Below, piece after piece: positions 35,715 through 45,155 of a stretch of DNA of 64,000 nucleotides. This DNA is from Desulfobacteraceae bacterium (GTDB lineage Bacteria > Desulfobacterota > Desulfobacteria > Desulfobacterales > Desulfosarcinaceae). Where the stretch lies: contig JBNKKC010000127.1 in NCBI GenBank assembly GCA_050291625.1, forward strand, positions 4,470 through 68,469. Reading direction: 5' to 3'. The position numbers were made by a program, and so were the translations under genes. The notes under the pieces were generated by a model. It was given only the letters and a program-made list of their open reading frames with translations. It had not been told where the DNA came from and did no database searches. Positions within the stretch are counted from its first letter, which is position 1. Every line of letters begins with the position of its first letter.

Positions 35715-36554
35715 ATGGAAATCCGTGAACCGGTCATTAAAGCCGAAGAGATTCTGCGGCTGAAAGATGAGCGCTTCAACAGCGGCAATGTGTGCCTTGT
35801 ATCGGGGTGCGCCACCGGCATTGGCCGGGCCTGCGCAGTGGCCGCAGCCGCCAACCAGCTGTTGGTGGCGGGCCTGGATGTCAATGAACAGGAGGCGAAA
35901 AAGACCCAGGAAATGGTACGCCGGATGGGCGGCCGGATGACATTTCTGCCGACCGACCTGACCAAAGACGATCAGATCACTTCGGCTGTCAATGAAGCGG
36001 CCAAGCTGGGCACTATCAAATTCCTGCTCAATATTGCCGGCATGCAGCATATCGACACCGTGGAAGATTTCCCCATGGAAACCTATGATCTGATGCTGCG
36101 CATCATGCTGCGGGCGCCTTTTCTGCTGTCGAAGCTGACCATCCCCCATATGAAGGCCAGTCCGGACGGCACCGGCGTCATCGGGAACATGGCCTCGGTG
36201 CACGGCCATATCTGTACCCGCAACAAACCGGTTTACAACATTACCAAATTCGGACTGCGGGCGCTGTCGCAGTCCATATCCGCAGAGGGGGAAGGCAAGG
36301 TTCGATCCTTTACCGTCAGTACGGGCTTTGTGAAAACACCCCTGGCCCTGAAGCAGATCCCGGCCCAGGCCGAGCAGCGGGGAATCAGCCCTGAGGCCGT
36401 TGTGCGGGACGTGATGATGGGAACCTCACGGGTAAAAGAGATGATGGCGCCCGTCGAAGTGGCGAATTTGTTCATTTTCGGCATGTCGAGTCACGGAAAT
36501 TACCTGGTAGGCGGTGACATGCTCTTCGACGGGGGCATGGTAAAGACCTATTGA
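35715..36554 (+). CDS. Short-chain dehydrogenase/reductase, 3-hydroxybutyrate-dehydrogenase-like
   Basis: VSGCATGIGRA (TGxxxGxG), NIAG and a catalytic YNITK (YxxxK). AAGGAG RBS. Confidence 0.75.
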   Translation: MEIREPVIKAEEILRLKDERFNSGNVCLVSGCATGIGRACAVAAAANQLLVAGLDVNEQEAKKTQEMVRRMGGRMTFLPTDLTKDDQITSAVNEAAKLGTIKFLLNIAGMQHIDTVEDFPMETYDLMLRIMLRAPFLLSKLTIPHMKASPDGTGVIGNMASVHGHICTRNKPVYNITKFGLRALSQSISAEGEGKVRSFTVSTGFVKTPLALKQIPAQAEQRGISPEAVVRDVMMGTSRVKEMMAPVEVANLFIFGMSSHGNYLVGGDMLFDGGMVKTY

Positions 36555-36562
36555 GAGTACCG

Positions 36563-38101
36563 ATGAACGGATTGCGTTACGCCATGCGGTTTTTGGCGGC
36601 AGCCGTCTGCTGCCTCTTTATCGGTGCCATGGCACAGGCTGGAACGCTGGAGGACCTCGATTTCAGCCCGCAAAGCTACCACGACTCCGACCATCGCGAC
36701 ATTTATGTCTATGTTCCGGGCACTTACGACGGCAGCCAGGTCCTGCCCATGGTAATGGTGCTGCACGGCTGCCATCAGGATCGCGACACCATCGTCAGCG
36801 AGTTCGGATGGGATGAACTGGCCGATCAGCAGGGTTTTATTCTTGTAGCCCCCGATATCTCCACCAGTGATTTAAGGCGGTTCAGCAATTGTTGGGGATA
36901 CTGGGAAGAAGACGAGATTCACCAGGGCGGGGGCGAAGTGGAAGATCTCCACCGCATCGGCATGCAGGTGGAGCGGCAGTGGCGCATCGACCCCGACCGG
37001 CGCCACATTGCCGGGCTCTCCTCCGGCGGATTCATGGCCAATGCCGCCGCCGTGGCGCACAATGAATATTGGGCCTCGGCCGGAATCCATTCCGGGGGCG
37101 GCTACGATGAGGATGCCGAGACCTACTCGGGCTATTGCCAAAACCCCAGGGAAGCCTCCGGCACATTTAAATCCCCGGCAACCATCGCAGCAAGCATGCG
37201 CGCTGAAATAGACAACAGCTACCCCATTCCGGTCATGCTGCTGCACTCCAAAAACGATTGCTCCGTGGGGTATGGCGTGGAGGGCGACCCCATGCAATGG
37301 GGCGGCCTGACCTCCAACCGGGAGGCCTGGTTGATGGTCAATGGGGGACCTCTGGTCTCCAGTACGGATTGTTCGCGCAACGGCATTGCATGCGATCACC
37401 GGAAATTCGGCAGCGACGACCGCTCCACCGTTGAAACCATCGTTTTCGAAGGCCTGATTCACGGCACCGATGGCGACAAGGGGCACTACTGGTCTGGCGG
37501 CGAGGCCAACGGCCGGTGGACCAAAACCCGTGGGCCGAAGGCCGCCGCGCTGCTGTGGGATTTTTTCAATCACCATCCTCGCGGCGGGTGCGCCGCGTGT
37601 CCCGCAGCCCCCACCGGACTGTCAATGACCCGTATCGATGAACAGGAGGTCGCACTGGCCTGGAATGCCAACACCGAAAGCGATCTTGCCGGTTACCATC
37701 TCTACCGCGACTGGGCCAAACTGACCACCGACCCGATCCCGCTGCCGCGTCATACCGACACCGGCTTGCAGCAGGCCCGGGCCTACACCTATCAGATTAC
37801 AGCCGTCAACGCGGCGGGGCAGCAGAGCCGGCTGTCCGAACCTGTGCACATCATAACCCTCGGCGTGCAAACATGCCGCACCTTCACAACGACTATCTTC
37901 GAGCATCTCTCCCGGGGCCGCGCCTATGGAAAACTCGAGTGCGCCGGATTTTTCTGCAGGTTCCCGTTCTGGCCCAAAACGACCGTATACTATGCCATCG
38001 GCAGCGACCACCGGCTGGGATCGGATCCGTCTGAAGAAGTGACGCTGCATACCCTGGACGGTGAGACGTTCAGTACTTCGGATTGCCGAAACCATGGCTG
38101 A
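36563..38101 (+). CDS. Secreted PHB-depolymerase-family esterase (LpqC type) with an FN3-like domain and a C-terminal domain
   Basis: A signal peptide, PMVMVLHGCHQDRD, the nucleophile elbow GLSSGGFMA, and a fibronectin-III-like segment LSMTRIDEQEVALAWNANTESDLAGYHLYR. Confidence 0.75.
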   Translation: MNGLRYAMRFLAAAVCCLFIGAMAQAGTLEDLDFSPQSYHDSDHRDIYVYVPGTYDGSQVLPMVMVLHGCHQDRDTIVSEFGWDELADQQGFILVAPDISTSDLRRFSNCWGYWEEDEIHQGGGEVEDLHRIGMQVERQWRIDPDRRHIAGLSSGGFMANAAAVAHNEYWASAGIHSGGGYDEDAETYSGYCQNPREASGTFKSPATIAASMRAEIDNSYPIPVMLLHSKNDCSVGYGVEGDPMQWGGLTSNREAWLMVNGGPLVSSTDCSRNGIACDHRKFGSDDRSTVETIVFEGLIHGTDGDKGHYWSGGEANGRWTKTRGPKAAALLWDFFNHHPRGGCAACPAAPTGLSMTRIDEQEVALAWNANTESDLAGYHLYRDWAKLTTDPIPLPRHTDTGLQQARAYTYQITAVNAAGQQSRLSEPVHIITLGVQTCRTFTTTIFEHLSRGRAYGKLECAGFFCRFPFWPKTTVYYAIGSDHRLGSDPSEEVTLHTLDGETFSTSDCRNHG

Positions 38102-38116
38102 AGCGCACGGTCCCGG

Positions 38117-39151
38117 CTAGTTTGAAAAGCTGAAGCTGACACCGGAAATGGGCTTTGCGCAATTCACCATACGATATCGCGGATTGAACTCGGCCATGGT
38201 ATCGCTCTGGATATCGGTACTGACCCGGTATCTGCCATTGGGCAAATTTTCAAGCATAAAGCTGCCGTTTTTTGAAACATGCGCACTGCTGTTGCGCAAG
38301 AGTCTCCAGAACACATTGGGACCGAGCGCATGAACCGCTGTTTGATCCCAGAGTTGCCGCCCTCCGCTCAAGCGACCCGAAATGGCGCCGTCCCCTCTTT
38401 CCGGAACAATCACGAACGCCACATCATTGACCATTCTCCCGGCCGGTTCCTCATGCTTGACAGAGAGATCGGAAAACCGTTTCAGTTCATACACCCGGTT
38501 GGCGCCATTGGCGAAATAGATTGTTTTCTGATCATCGACAAATGTAAACCCCCTGACTGTCTCCCGATGACCGAATCGCTTCAAAAGGCTTCCCTGCTTG
38601 TACTCATAAATCGATGAGCCCCCCGATTGGGTGTCATCAATGCTCAAGAACAGCTCGTCATCATGACTGAAAGCAAAATAACCGTTCCAAAAACCCCGCG
38701 TCATTCGCGCAACGGTTTCCACCGACAATTCAATGAATTTATCATACTCTCCGGAATAACGGTCGAGGTGAAAAATCACTCCTTTGTCGTGACCAACGGC
38801 GCTGAAATACATCCTTCCACGTGAGTCATAGGCCAAATCCTGGATAGGTGCATTAAAGGAAAAAATATGCTCTTCGGTCAGCCCGTTGGTTCTGTATATA
38901 TTTTTGTGGCTCAGATCGATAAAGCTGGGGGAAGAATAGTTGTGAAACGCGATGGTGAAAATACCCTCTGACTGACGGGTATATACGGAATGCAAAACCG
39001 GATCGGGACTCCAACTCACCTGCTTGACCTCTATTATTTTCCCCGGGGTTTCATGCAGGTCAATGATATACATTTCTTCCCAGGCCGGACATGTCGAACA
39101 GCTGATAATGACAAGAAAAATGGTAATGGCGACTGATCGCTTCACTTTCAT
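38117..39151 (-). CDS. Secreted hypothetical protein, beta-propeller-like with a C-terminal CarboxypepD_reg-like domain
   Basis: Signal MKVKRSVAITIFLVIISCSTCPA, repeated beta-blade-like segments, and a tail GSFMLENLPNGRYRVS. GGAGG RBS. The gene is AT-richer than its neighbours. Confidence 0.55.
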   Translation of the reverse strand: MKVKRSVAITIFLVIISCSTCPAWEEMYIIDLHETPGKIIEVKQVSWSPDPVLHSVYTRQSEGIFTIAFHNYSSPSFIDLSHKNIYRTNGLTEEHIFSFNAPIQDLAYDSRGRMYFSAVGHDKGVIFHLDRYSGEYDKFIELSVETVARMTRGFWNGYFAFSHDDELFLSIDDTQSGGSSIYEYKQGSLLKRFGHRETVRGFTFVDDQKTIYFANGANRVYELKRFSDLSVKHEEPAGRMVNDVAFVIVPERGDGAISGRLSGGRQLWDQTAVHALGPNVFWRLLRNSSAHVSKNGSFMLENLPNGRYRVSTDIQSDTMAEFNPRYRMVNCAKPISGVSFSFSN

Positions 39152-39564
39152 TTTTCGACCTCCTAATATTGGATTGGCCAAACAACGGATCGCCTGCCGG
39201 GAACATCTACAGTGCTCTTATGAATGCGTCGCGGATCATTTCTTGATGCCACTTCGAAGAACATCTTTAATGCCGCTTGGAAAGATATGCGGCATTTGGG
39301 AGATTGGCGAGTTCCTGTTAGAACATTTGCCGCATGACAGATTCAGCAGGAATCTTTGGCTCGCTTCCAGCTTAGCTATAGTCCGTTGGCCGCAAAAAAA
39401 ATGTGAGGCCGCTCACACTCCGGGGATAAAAGTCGAATCGGTTCTAAAGATATGCGTCTTGGCTATTTCCCCGCTCTGTCATATGTTATGAAGGTTCAAT
39501 GAAGGCATGCCTTTTTCGATGTGAGCGCAAAGGGCTGAAACAAGGGCGGGAAGGAAAGGTTACG

Positions 39565-40443
39565 ATGAGTATCTGTGTTCAAGGTGATGTGCTGGAACAG
39601 CTGTTGAGGCTTCTGGAGCTGGAAGAGATCGAAGCAAATATATTCCGCGGCCAGAGCCAGGACCTGGGATTTAAGAGTGTGTTCGGCGGTCAGGTGCTGG
39701 GCCAGGCGTTGTCGGCCGCCTCGTATACCGTACCGCCGGAACGCGCGGCGCACAGCCTGCACGCCTATTTTTTGCGACCCGGCGACGATGCCAGGCCCAT
39801 CGTCTATATCGTCGAGCCCATGCGCGACGGTAAAAGCTTTACCACCCGACGGGTCAAAGCGGTCCAAAAAGGCGAACCCATCTTTTTCATGTCGGTCTCA
39901 TTCCAGAGGGAGGAAACCGGATTCGATCACCAGGACGAGATGCCTGAAGTGCCCGGACCGGAGGGCATCCCCTCCGTAATGGAGATGACGCGAGAGCTTG
40001 CAGACCAGATACCGACCGGTATCCGGGAAAAAATGCTGTGCGAAAAGCCCATCGAAATGAGGCCGGTCAACCCCGTCAACCCTTTTGCCCCAGAGAAAAT
40101 GCCGCCCCGCAGATATATCTGGTTTCGTGCCATCGGCCCGCTGCCCGACGATGCCGCCACCCATCGCTGCATGCTGGCCTATGCCTCGGACTTCAATCTG
40201 GTCGCCACATCGCTCTACCCTCACGGCCACACTTTCTGGGAACCGGAGATGCAGGTGGCCAGCTTGGACCATGCCATGTGGTTTCACCGTCCGTTTCGCA
40301 TGGACCGGTGGCTGCTCTGCGTCACCGACAGCCCCAGCGCCAGCCGGGCCAGAGGCATGAGTTTTGGCCGATTTTTTACCCGGGATGGCCGATTGGTCGC
40401 CACCGCGGCCCAGGAGGGGCTGATCCGGTACCACGGCGGATAG
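39565..40443 (+). CDS. tesB: Acyl-CoA thioesterase II
   Basis: LLELEEIEANIFRGQSQDLGFKSVFGGQVLGQAL and the double hotdog pattern with HSLHAYFLRPGD are typical of TesB. Confidence 0.85.
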   Translation: MSICVQGDVLEQLLRLLELEEIEANIFRGQSQDLGFKSVFGGQVLGQALSAASYTVPPERAAHSLHAYFLRPGDDARPIVYIVEPMRDGKSFTTRRVKAVQKGEPIFFMSVSFQREETGFDHQDEMPEVPGPEGIPSVMEMTRELADQIPTGIREKMLCEKPIEMRPVNPVNPFAPEKMPPRRYIWFRAIGPLPDDAATHRCMLAYASDFNLVATSLYPHGHTFWEPEMQVASLDHAMWFHRPFRMDRWLLCVTDSPSASRARGMSFGRFFTRDGRLVATAAQEGLIRYHGG

Positions 40444-40467
40444 CGTCTGTAAATAGGGCGTCCCGGC

Positions 40468-41202
40468 TCAGGAGTCAGCCGTATGACCGACGAGCCGACG
40501 GTCGAGACGACGATGCTGCAATTCCATGACGTGGTCGGCCACCCGTCGCACCTGATCGAGATAATGAGATACCATCAGAATGGTGCATTGGGTTTTGAGA
40601 GCGCTCAGAAGTGCTTCAATCACCCCGGCCGCCTTTGCATCCAGGGAGGCGGTCGGTTCGTCCAGCAGCAACACCTCGGGCTCCAGAACCAGCGCCCGGG
40701 CAATGCACAATCTCTGCTGCTGGCCGCCGGACAGGGTTCGTGCATCAGTGTCCAGGCGGTCTTTGATCTCATCCCATAAAAAGGCCCGAGCCAAGGCCGC
40801 TTGAACTTTGGTCCGGATCACCCGCTTGTTTCTCTCCCCGGCGAGTTTCAGCGGGAAGGCCGCATTTTTGTAGATACTCATGGGCAGCGGATTGGGATCT
40901 TGAAAAACCATCCCGACCTGTCGCCGCAGGCGGCTGGCCGGATAGCCGTTGGAACAAACATCCACCCATTGACCGCTAAAGCGAATATCGACCCTGCCCT
41001 TCACCCGCGCACCGGGAATGTCTTCCCACAAGCGGTTGACGACCGTAAGCAACGTTGATTTCCCCTGGCCCGACGGCCCCACAATGGCGGTGACCGCATG
41101 CTCGGTGAACGCTGCGTTGATTCGGTCGAGAATGCATCGGTCTCCGTAGTGAAAAGACAGGTCTGTCAGCTTTATTTTTATTTTCTCTCTCAATTGGTCC
41201 AT
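40468..41202 (-). CDS. pstB: Phosphate ABC transporter ATP-binding protein
   Basis: GPSGQGKSTLL, LSGGQQQRLCIARAL and LLLDEPTASLD. Confidence 0.9.
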   Translation of the reverse strand: MDQLREKIKIKLTDLSFHYGDRCILDRINAAFTEHAVTAIVGPSGQGKSTLLTVVNRLWEDIPGARVKGRVDIRFSGQWVDVCSNGYPASRLRRQVGMVFQDPNPLPMSIYKNAAFPLKLAGERNKRVIRTKVQAALARAFLWDEIKDRLDTDARTLSGGQQQRLCIARALVLEPEVLLLDEPTASLDAKAAGVIEALLSALKTQCTILMVSHYLDQVRRVADHVMELQHRRLDRRLVGHTADS

Positions 41203-41215
41203 ACGGCAACCTGCC

Positions 41216-42097
41216 TCACATCCGTGTTCGGAATTGCTTCGCCAGGCGACTCTTTATGGCAAAACTCAAGAAGAACAGCGTAGAGCACACCACCAACAGA
41301 ATGATGGCCGCACCATACCCATTGAGAAGTTCCTGCCGATCCATGTATTGGGATGAGATATAGTAGATGGTAAACGGCAGGGCTTCGTATGCATCCAGAA
41401 AGGAGGAGGGCATGCCTGCGGTGGCCACAGCGCCGGTGAGCATGATCACGGCGGTATCTTCAGCACTTCGGCCGACGGCCAGAACAACGCCGCTGACAAT
41501 GCCGTCCAGCGCTCTGGGCAGCAACACCCAACGAATGTTCTGCAGTCGGGTAGCCCCCAGCGCCGGCGCCGTGATTCGTTCCCGGGCCTGCAGACTTTCC
41601 AACGCCGTCTGGGTGCTGCGGATCAGATAGGGCAGCACCAGGAACGCCAGCGAGAGCGCCGAGATCAACAGACACGGATAGATTCGGCTGCTCAGATGAT
41701 GGTGTAAAAATATGGCGAGTGAAAAACCGAACAGCCCCACCACGACAGACGGAATACCGGCCAGGATATCGAAGAAAAGACTCAGGGTGCGTTTGATGCG
41801 TCCGCGGCAGTATTCCGCCAGATAGATGCCGGCCCCCAATCCCACCGGCAGGGCCAGCCCGACGGCTGTGAGCACCAGCGCCAGGGTTCCGGCCATTGCC
41901 GGCAATAGGCCGTTCAACACCGGCTGCCGCAGCAGCAGGGCCGCCACGGGATCGGCATCTCCGAAAACCAATTGCAGGTTCAAAGCCGGAAGCCCTTTGA
42001 TGAATAAAAAGCATAAAACGGCGGCCACAGCCCCCACCAGAATCAAACTGCTGATCCAACTCCAGGCGATAATCAGATGTTGGCCGGCGGTTCTCAT
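41216..42097 (-). CDS. pstA: Phosphate ABC transporter permease PstA
   Basis: A polytopic permease with an EAA-type loop (ALGATRLQNIRWVLLP), positioned between pstC and pstB. Confidence 0.85.
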   Translation of the reverse strand: MRTAGQHLIIAWSWISSLILVGAVAAVLCFLFIKGLPALNLQLVFGDADPVAALLLRQPVLNGLLPAMAGTLALVLTAVGLALPVGLGAGIYLAEYCRGRIKRTLSLFFDILAGIPSVVVGLFGFSLAIFLHHHLSSRIYPCLLISALSLAFLVLPYLIRSTQTALESLQARERITAPALGATRLQNIRWVLLPRALDGIVSGVVLAVGRSAEDTAVIMLTGAVATAGMPSSFLDAYEALPFTIYYISSQYMDRQELLNGYGAAIILLVVCSTLFFLSFAIKSRLAKQFRTRM

Positions 42098-42951
42098 GGA
42101 GCCCCCTTCTGCTTATGCACCACCCAACGCATGACCACTGCTGCCAGACTCGTTGTCAAATAGAGCGTCAATCCGCAGACAAACAGCGTGCGAAACTCCA
42201 GGCTGTCGAAATCGGCGGCGATGATCAGGGCGATATGGGCGGTAAGGGTACGCGTCGCATCCAGGATCGTTTCGGGCGGGGCCACGGCATTGCCGGCCAG
42301 CATCAACGCGATCATGGTATCGCCCACGGCGCGCCCAAACCCCAGAATCACTCCGGCCAGCATGCTGCGCCAGGCCTGGGGCAGCATGACATACACCAGG
42401 CGCTGAACCCGTGTTCCGCCCAACGCGGTTACGGCATGGCAGTAAGTTCTGGGTACGGCGTTGAGGCCGTCTGAAAAGAATAGAATCATGGTGGGCGACA
42501 CCAGGGCGGCAAGCAGCAGTCCGGCGGAAAGGATCGACAGCCCCGAACCCCGGCCGCCAATTTCCCGAATCAGGGGAACCAGCAAAAAGATCCCCACAAA
42601 GCCATAGATCACGGTCGGAATGCCGGTCATTAAACGGACCAGCCGATGCAGGATGCGGGCCGCGCCCCTGGGTGCCGTCACGGTAATAAATGCGGCGCAC
42701 CCCAGGCTGAGCGGCACGGCCGTCATCAGACCGAACAAAGCAATGCAAAGGGTTCCCAGGATCATGGGACGGATGCCGAAGATGTTGTGGTCCGGCGACC
42801 ACGGCCCCCAGAGAATCTGAAGCAGCTGCCCCTCCCGGATGACTGGCAGCCCCAGCACCGCCATGAAACCAAAGACCAGAACGGTCGCGGCGGCGCTGAG
42901 AAAAGCCGCCGCTGCAAACGCACCGTGTGCAAACGATTCAGCTCGCATCAA
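42094..42951 (-). CDS. pstC: Phosphate ABC transporter permease PstC
   Basis: A polytopic permease (ALGGTRVQRLVYVMLP) that overlaps the pstA start. Confidence 0.85.
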   Translation of the reverse strand: MMRAESFAHGAFAAAAFLSAAATVLVFGFMAVLGLPVIREGQLLQILWGPWSPDHNIFGIRPMILGTLCIALFGLMTAVPLSLGCAAFITVTAPRGAARILHRLVRLMTGIPTVIYGFVGIFLLVPLIREIGGRGSGLSILSAGLLLAALVSPTMILFFSDGLNAVPRTYCHAVTALGGTRVQRLVYVMLPQAWRSMLAGVILGFGRAVGDTMIALMLAGNAVAPPETILDATRTLTAHIALIIAADFDSLEFRTLFVCGLTLYLTTSLAAVVMRWVVHKQKGAP

Positions 42952-42966
42952 TCCACATACCGAGAT

Positions 42967-43794
42967 CTATTTATTGACCGGGATGAACCCCTTTTGCGCC
43001 ACCATTTTCTGCCCTTCGGCACTGTAAAGAAAGTCGATGAATTTCTTGGCCAGGCCCACGGGCGCGCCCTTTGTGTTGCTGTACAGGCCGCGGGCGACTT
43101 TGTATTTGCCCGATTGAACATTATCCAGCGTCGGCGCCACCCCGTCCAGCGCCACCGGCGTCACGCTTGTATCGATATGCCCCACGGAGACATAGCCGAT
43201 GGCGTATGGATCCTGTGAAACGGCGGTCTTCATGGCACCGTTGGAAGGCACGAAATGGGCTTTGGCGCTGATATCGCCTTTGGACAGAGCCTTTTTCCAG
43301 AACACGTCGCGGGTGCCGCTGGCTTTGTCGCGGGTGTAGATATTGACCGGCTTGTCCGGTCCGCCGACCGTCTTCCAGTTGGTCAGATGACCGGCGTATA
43401 TATCCTTGAGCTGCGCCGAGGTGAGGTTTTTGACCGGATTGGCGGGATTGACCACAATGCCGACGCCGTCGACGGCCCACTTGTGCATCTCCAGGCTGTA
43501 TTTCGTCAATTCGGCCTCCGAAGGTTGACGCCCGGAGTTGCCGATATCCACCAGCCCTTCCCCGACCTGTTTAATGCCGACACCGCTGCCGCCGCCGGCA
43601 ATGCTGATCTTGATGTTGGCATTGGCCGTCCGGATCTTTTCCGCGGCCAGTTTCATCACCGGAATGTGGGCGGTACCGCCGCTGATCTTGAGACTGCCGG
43701 ATTCGCCTTTAAAGCCATCCAAATCGTCGCTCAGGGCCGCACCGGGCACCAGTAAAACCACCAGAATCAAAATGAGGGTCAGCTCTTTTTTCAT
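42967..43794 (-). CDS. pstS: Phosphate-binding protein PstS
   Basis: A signal peptide, GSGVGIKQ and ASGTRD motifs of PstS-family binding proteins. It is the first gene of pstSCAB. Confidence 0.85.
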   Translation of the reverse strand: MKKELTLILILVVLLVPGAALSDDLDGFKGESGSLKISGGTAHIPVMKLAAEKIRTANANIKISIAGGGSGVGIKQVGEGLVDIGNSGRQPSEAELTKYSLEMHKWAVDGVGIVVNPANPVKNLTSAQLKDIYAGHLTNWKTVGGPDKPVNIYTRDKASGTRDVFWKKALSKGDISAKAHFVPSNGAMKTAVSQDPYAIGYVSVGHIDTSVTPVALDGVAPTLDNVQSGKYKVARGLYSNTKGAPVGLAKKFIDFLYSAEGQKMVAQKGFIPVNK

Positions 43795-44110
43795 TTATCC
43801 TCCCTTATTGTTCTGTTTCTCATTGATGGAATCGCTGCTTCGTTCAGCTATCACAAAGGCTGCCCGGAAGGCCAATTGATAAATCGGATATTATCCAATA
43901 GAAGCTATTGATTTTTTTTATAGGATGTCACCGAATCAGCCGCTCCAAAGCACGCCCATACGGCCCCGACCGTCGACAGAGGGCTCCGACTCCGTTCACC
44001 CTCATGTTATCCAAAGATGAGCCCCTCCAGTTGATGCTTTTTTGCCGATTGACACATATATCGCCATTTGGCATATTGATATGATTAATGTGCATCCTTA
44101 AATCTAAGCC

Positions 44111-44977
44111 ATGTTTCACTATTTGAAAGATGCGGCCGCAAGACCATCGGCCCTTGCAATTGCCCTGGCGGAAGCCGCTTTCTTCTTTCTGAAGATCGCA
44201 CTTCCGGTGACCGCCTTGGCATGGGGTGCGAACATGCCTCCATCTTCCATTTACTTTGATACATCCGCTACTGCTGCTATATTTCATTATCCGGACCCGG
44301 TCGTGCTGAAGGTCCGTCTCTACGGTCCGCAACCGGTCAGAAACGCGAATCTATCCGCCGAGATAAAAGCGCCCTCCGGGAAAGTCCACATCCTGGTTTT
44401 CAAGGAGACGGGGGGAAACAGTCCCAATGATGTCCTTTATTCGGTCGCCGTGCCATCACCGCTGGAAAACGGCGAATATCGCGTCGTGGCAACGGCCGAC
44501 GACAACGACGGTCGCGCCGCGTTTGCGTCCGGCCTGGAAAGTGAGCCGCGTCCCGGCAAGCAAAGGCCGCCATCATCTGTTGTGGTCCCTCCATTCAACG
44601 CAAGCCATGTCTTTTATTTTACGGCGCACGGCTATGGTTCCAAACAGGATGTGCGTCCGTCGAAAATTACCGATCTTTTTGCAGAACCGGCGCACAAAGG
44701 TTGCTACCGGCTGAGCTGGGCGGTGCCATTGGGGCTTCAAGCCGGTTCACGGTATGAAGTCAGAGCGTCACGCACGAGCATCAACTCGGAACGCATTTGG
44801 CTGAAAGCCGACGTGCTGGCCGCAGCCTATTATTCCGGGAAAGGAGGTGAAAAGCAACGCGCTGAAGTGTGTCTCCCCGACACGGGCCGCTTCTATTTGG
44901 GGGTAAGGAGTTGGTCAGGGGGGGGGCTGGCATCGGATATTTCAAACGATTATGCCGTAGAAACAAATCAAAATTGA
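44111..44977 (+). CDS. Membrane-anchored or secreted hypothetical protein with Ig-like plus FN3-like domains, paralogous to the C-terminal half of the downstream CLCA-like protein
   Basis: PDPVVLKVRLYGPQPVRNANLSAEIKAPSGKVHILVFKE...GEYRVVATADDNDG aligns by eye with PDPAIIRASLTSTEGIILANVSAEVTNPDGSTTDIELKD...GNYTVRVYADNSFN of the next gene. The FN3-like tails also correspond. Confidence 0.55.
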   Translation: MFHYLKDAAARPSALAIALAEAAFFFLKIALPVTALAWGANMPPSSIYFDTSATAAIFHYPDPVVLKVRLYGPQPVRNANLSAEIKAPSGKVHILVFKETGGNSPNDVLYSVAVPSPLENGEYRVVATADDNDGRAAFASGLESEPRPGKQRPPSSVVVPPFNASHVFYFTAHGYGSKQDVRPSKITDLFAEPAHKGCYRLSWAVPLGLQAGSRYEVRASRTSINSERIWLKADVLAAAYYSGKGGEKQRAEVCLPDTGRFYLGVRSWSGGGLASDISNDYAVETNQN

Positions 44978-45155
44978 AGAAATAGCAGCAACGATCATAC
45001 GTTCAGCCGACAAGGAACGAACTCCTGAACCAACGTCGTATTCTATCCTCACTTATTCTCCCTTTCCACCGCATTGATCCCGGGACAGATCACAACATTG
45101 GCTTTGATTTGTTTCCGCTTCCGTTTGAAATCCATTTCAAGAAGGGGGGGATGAT

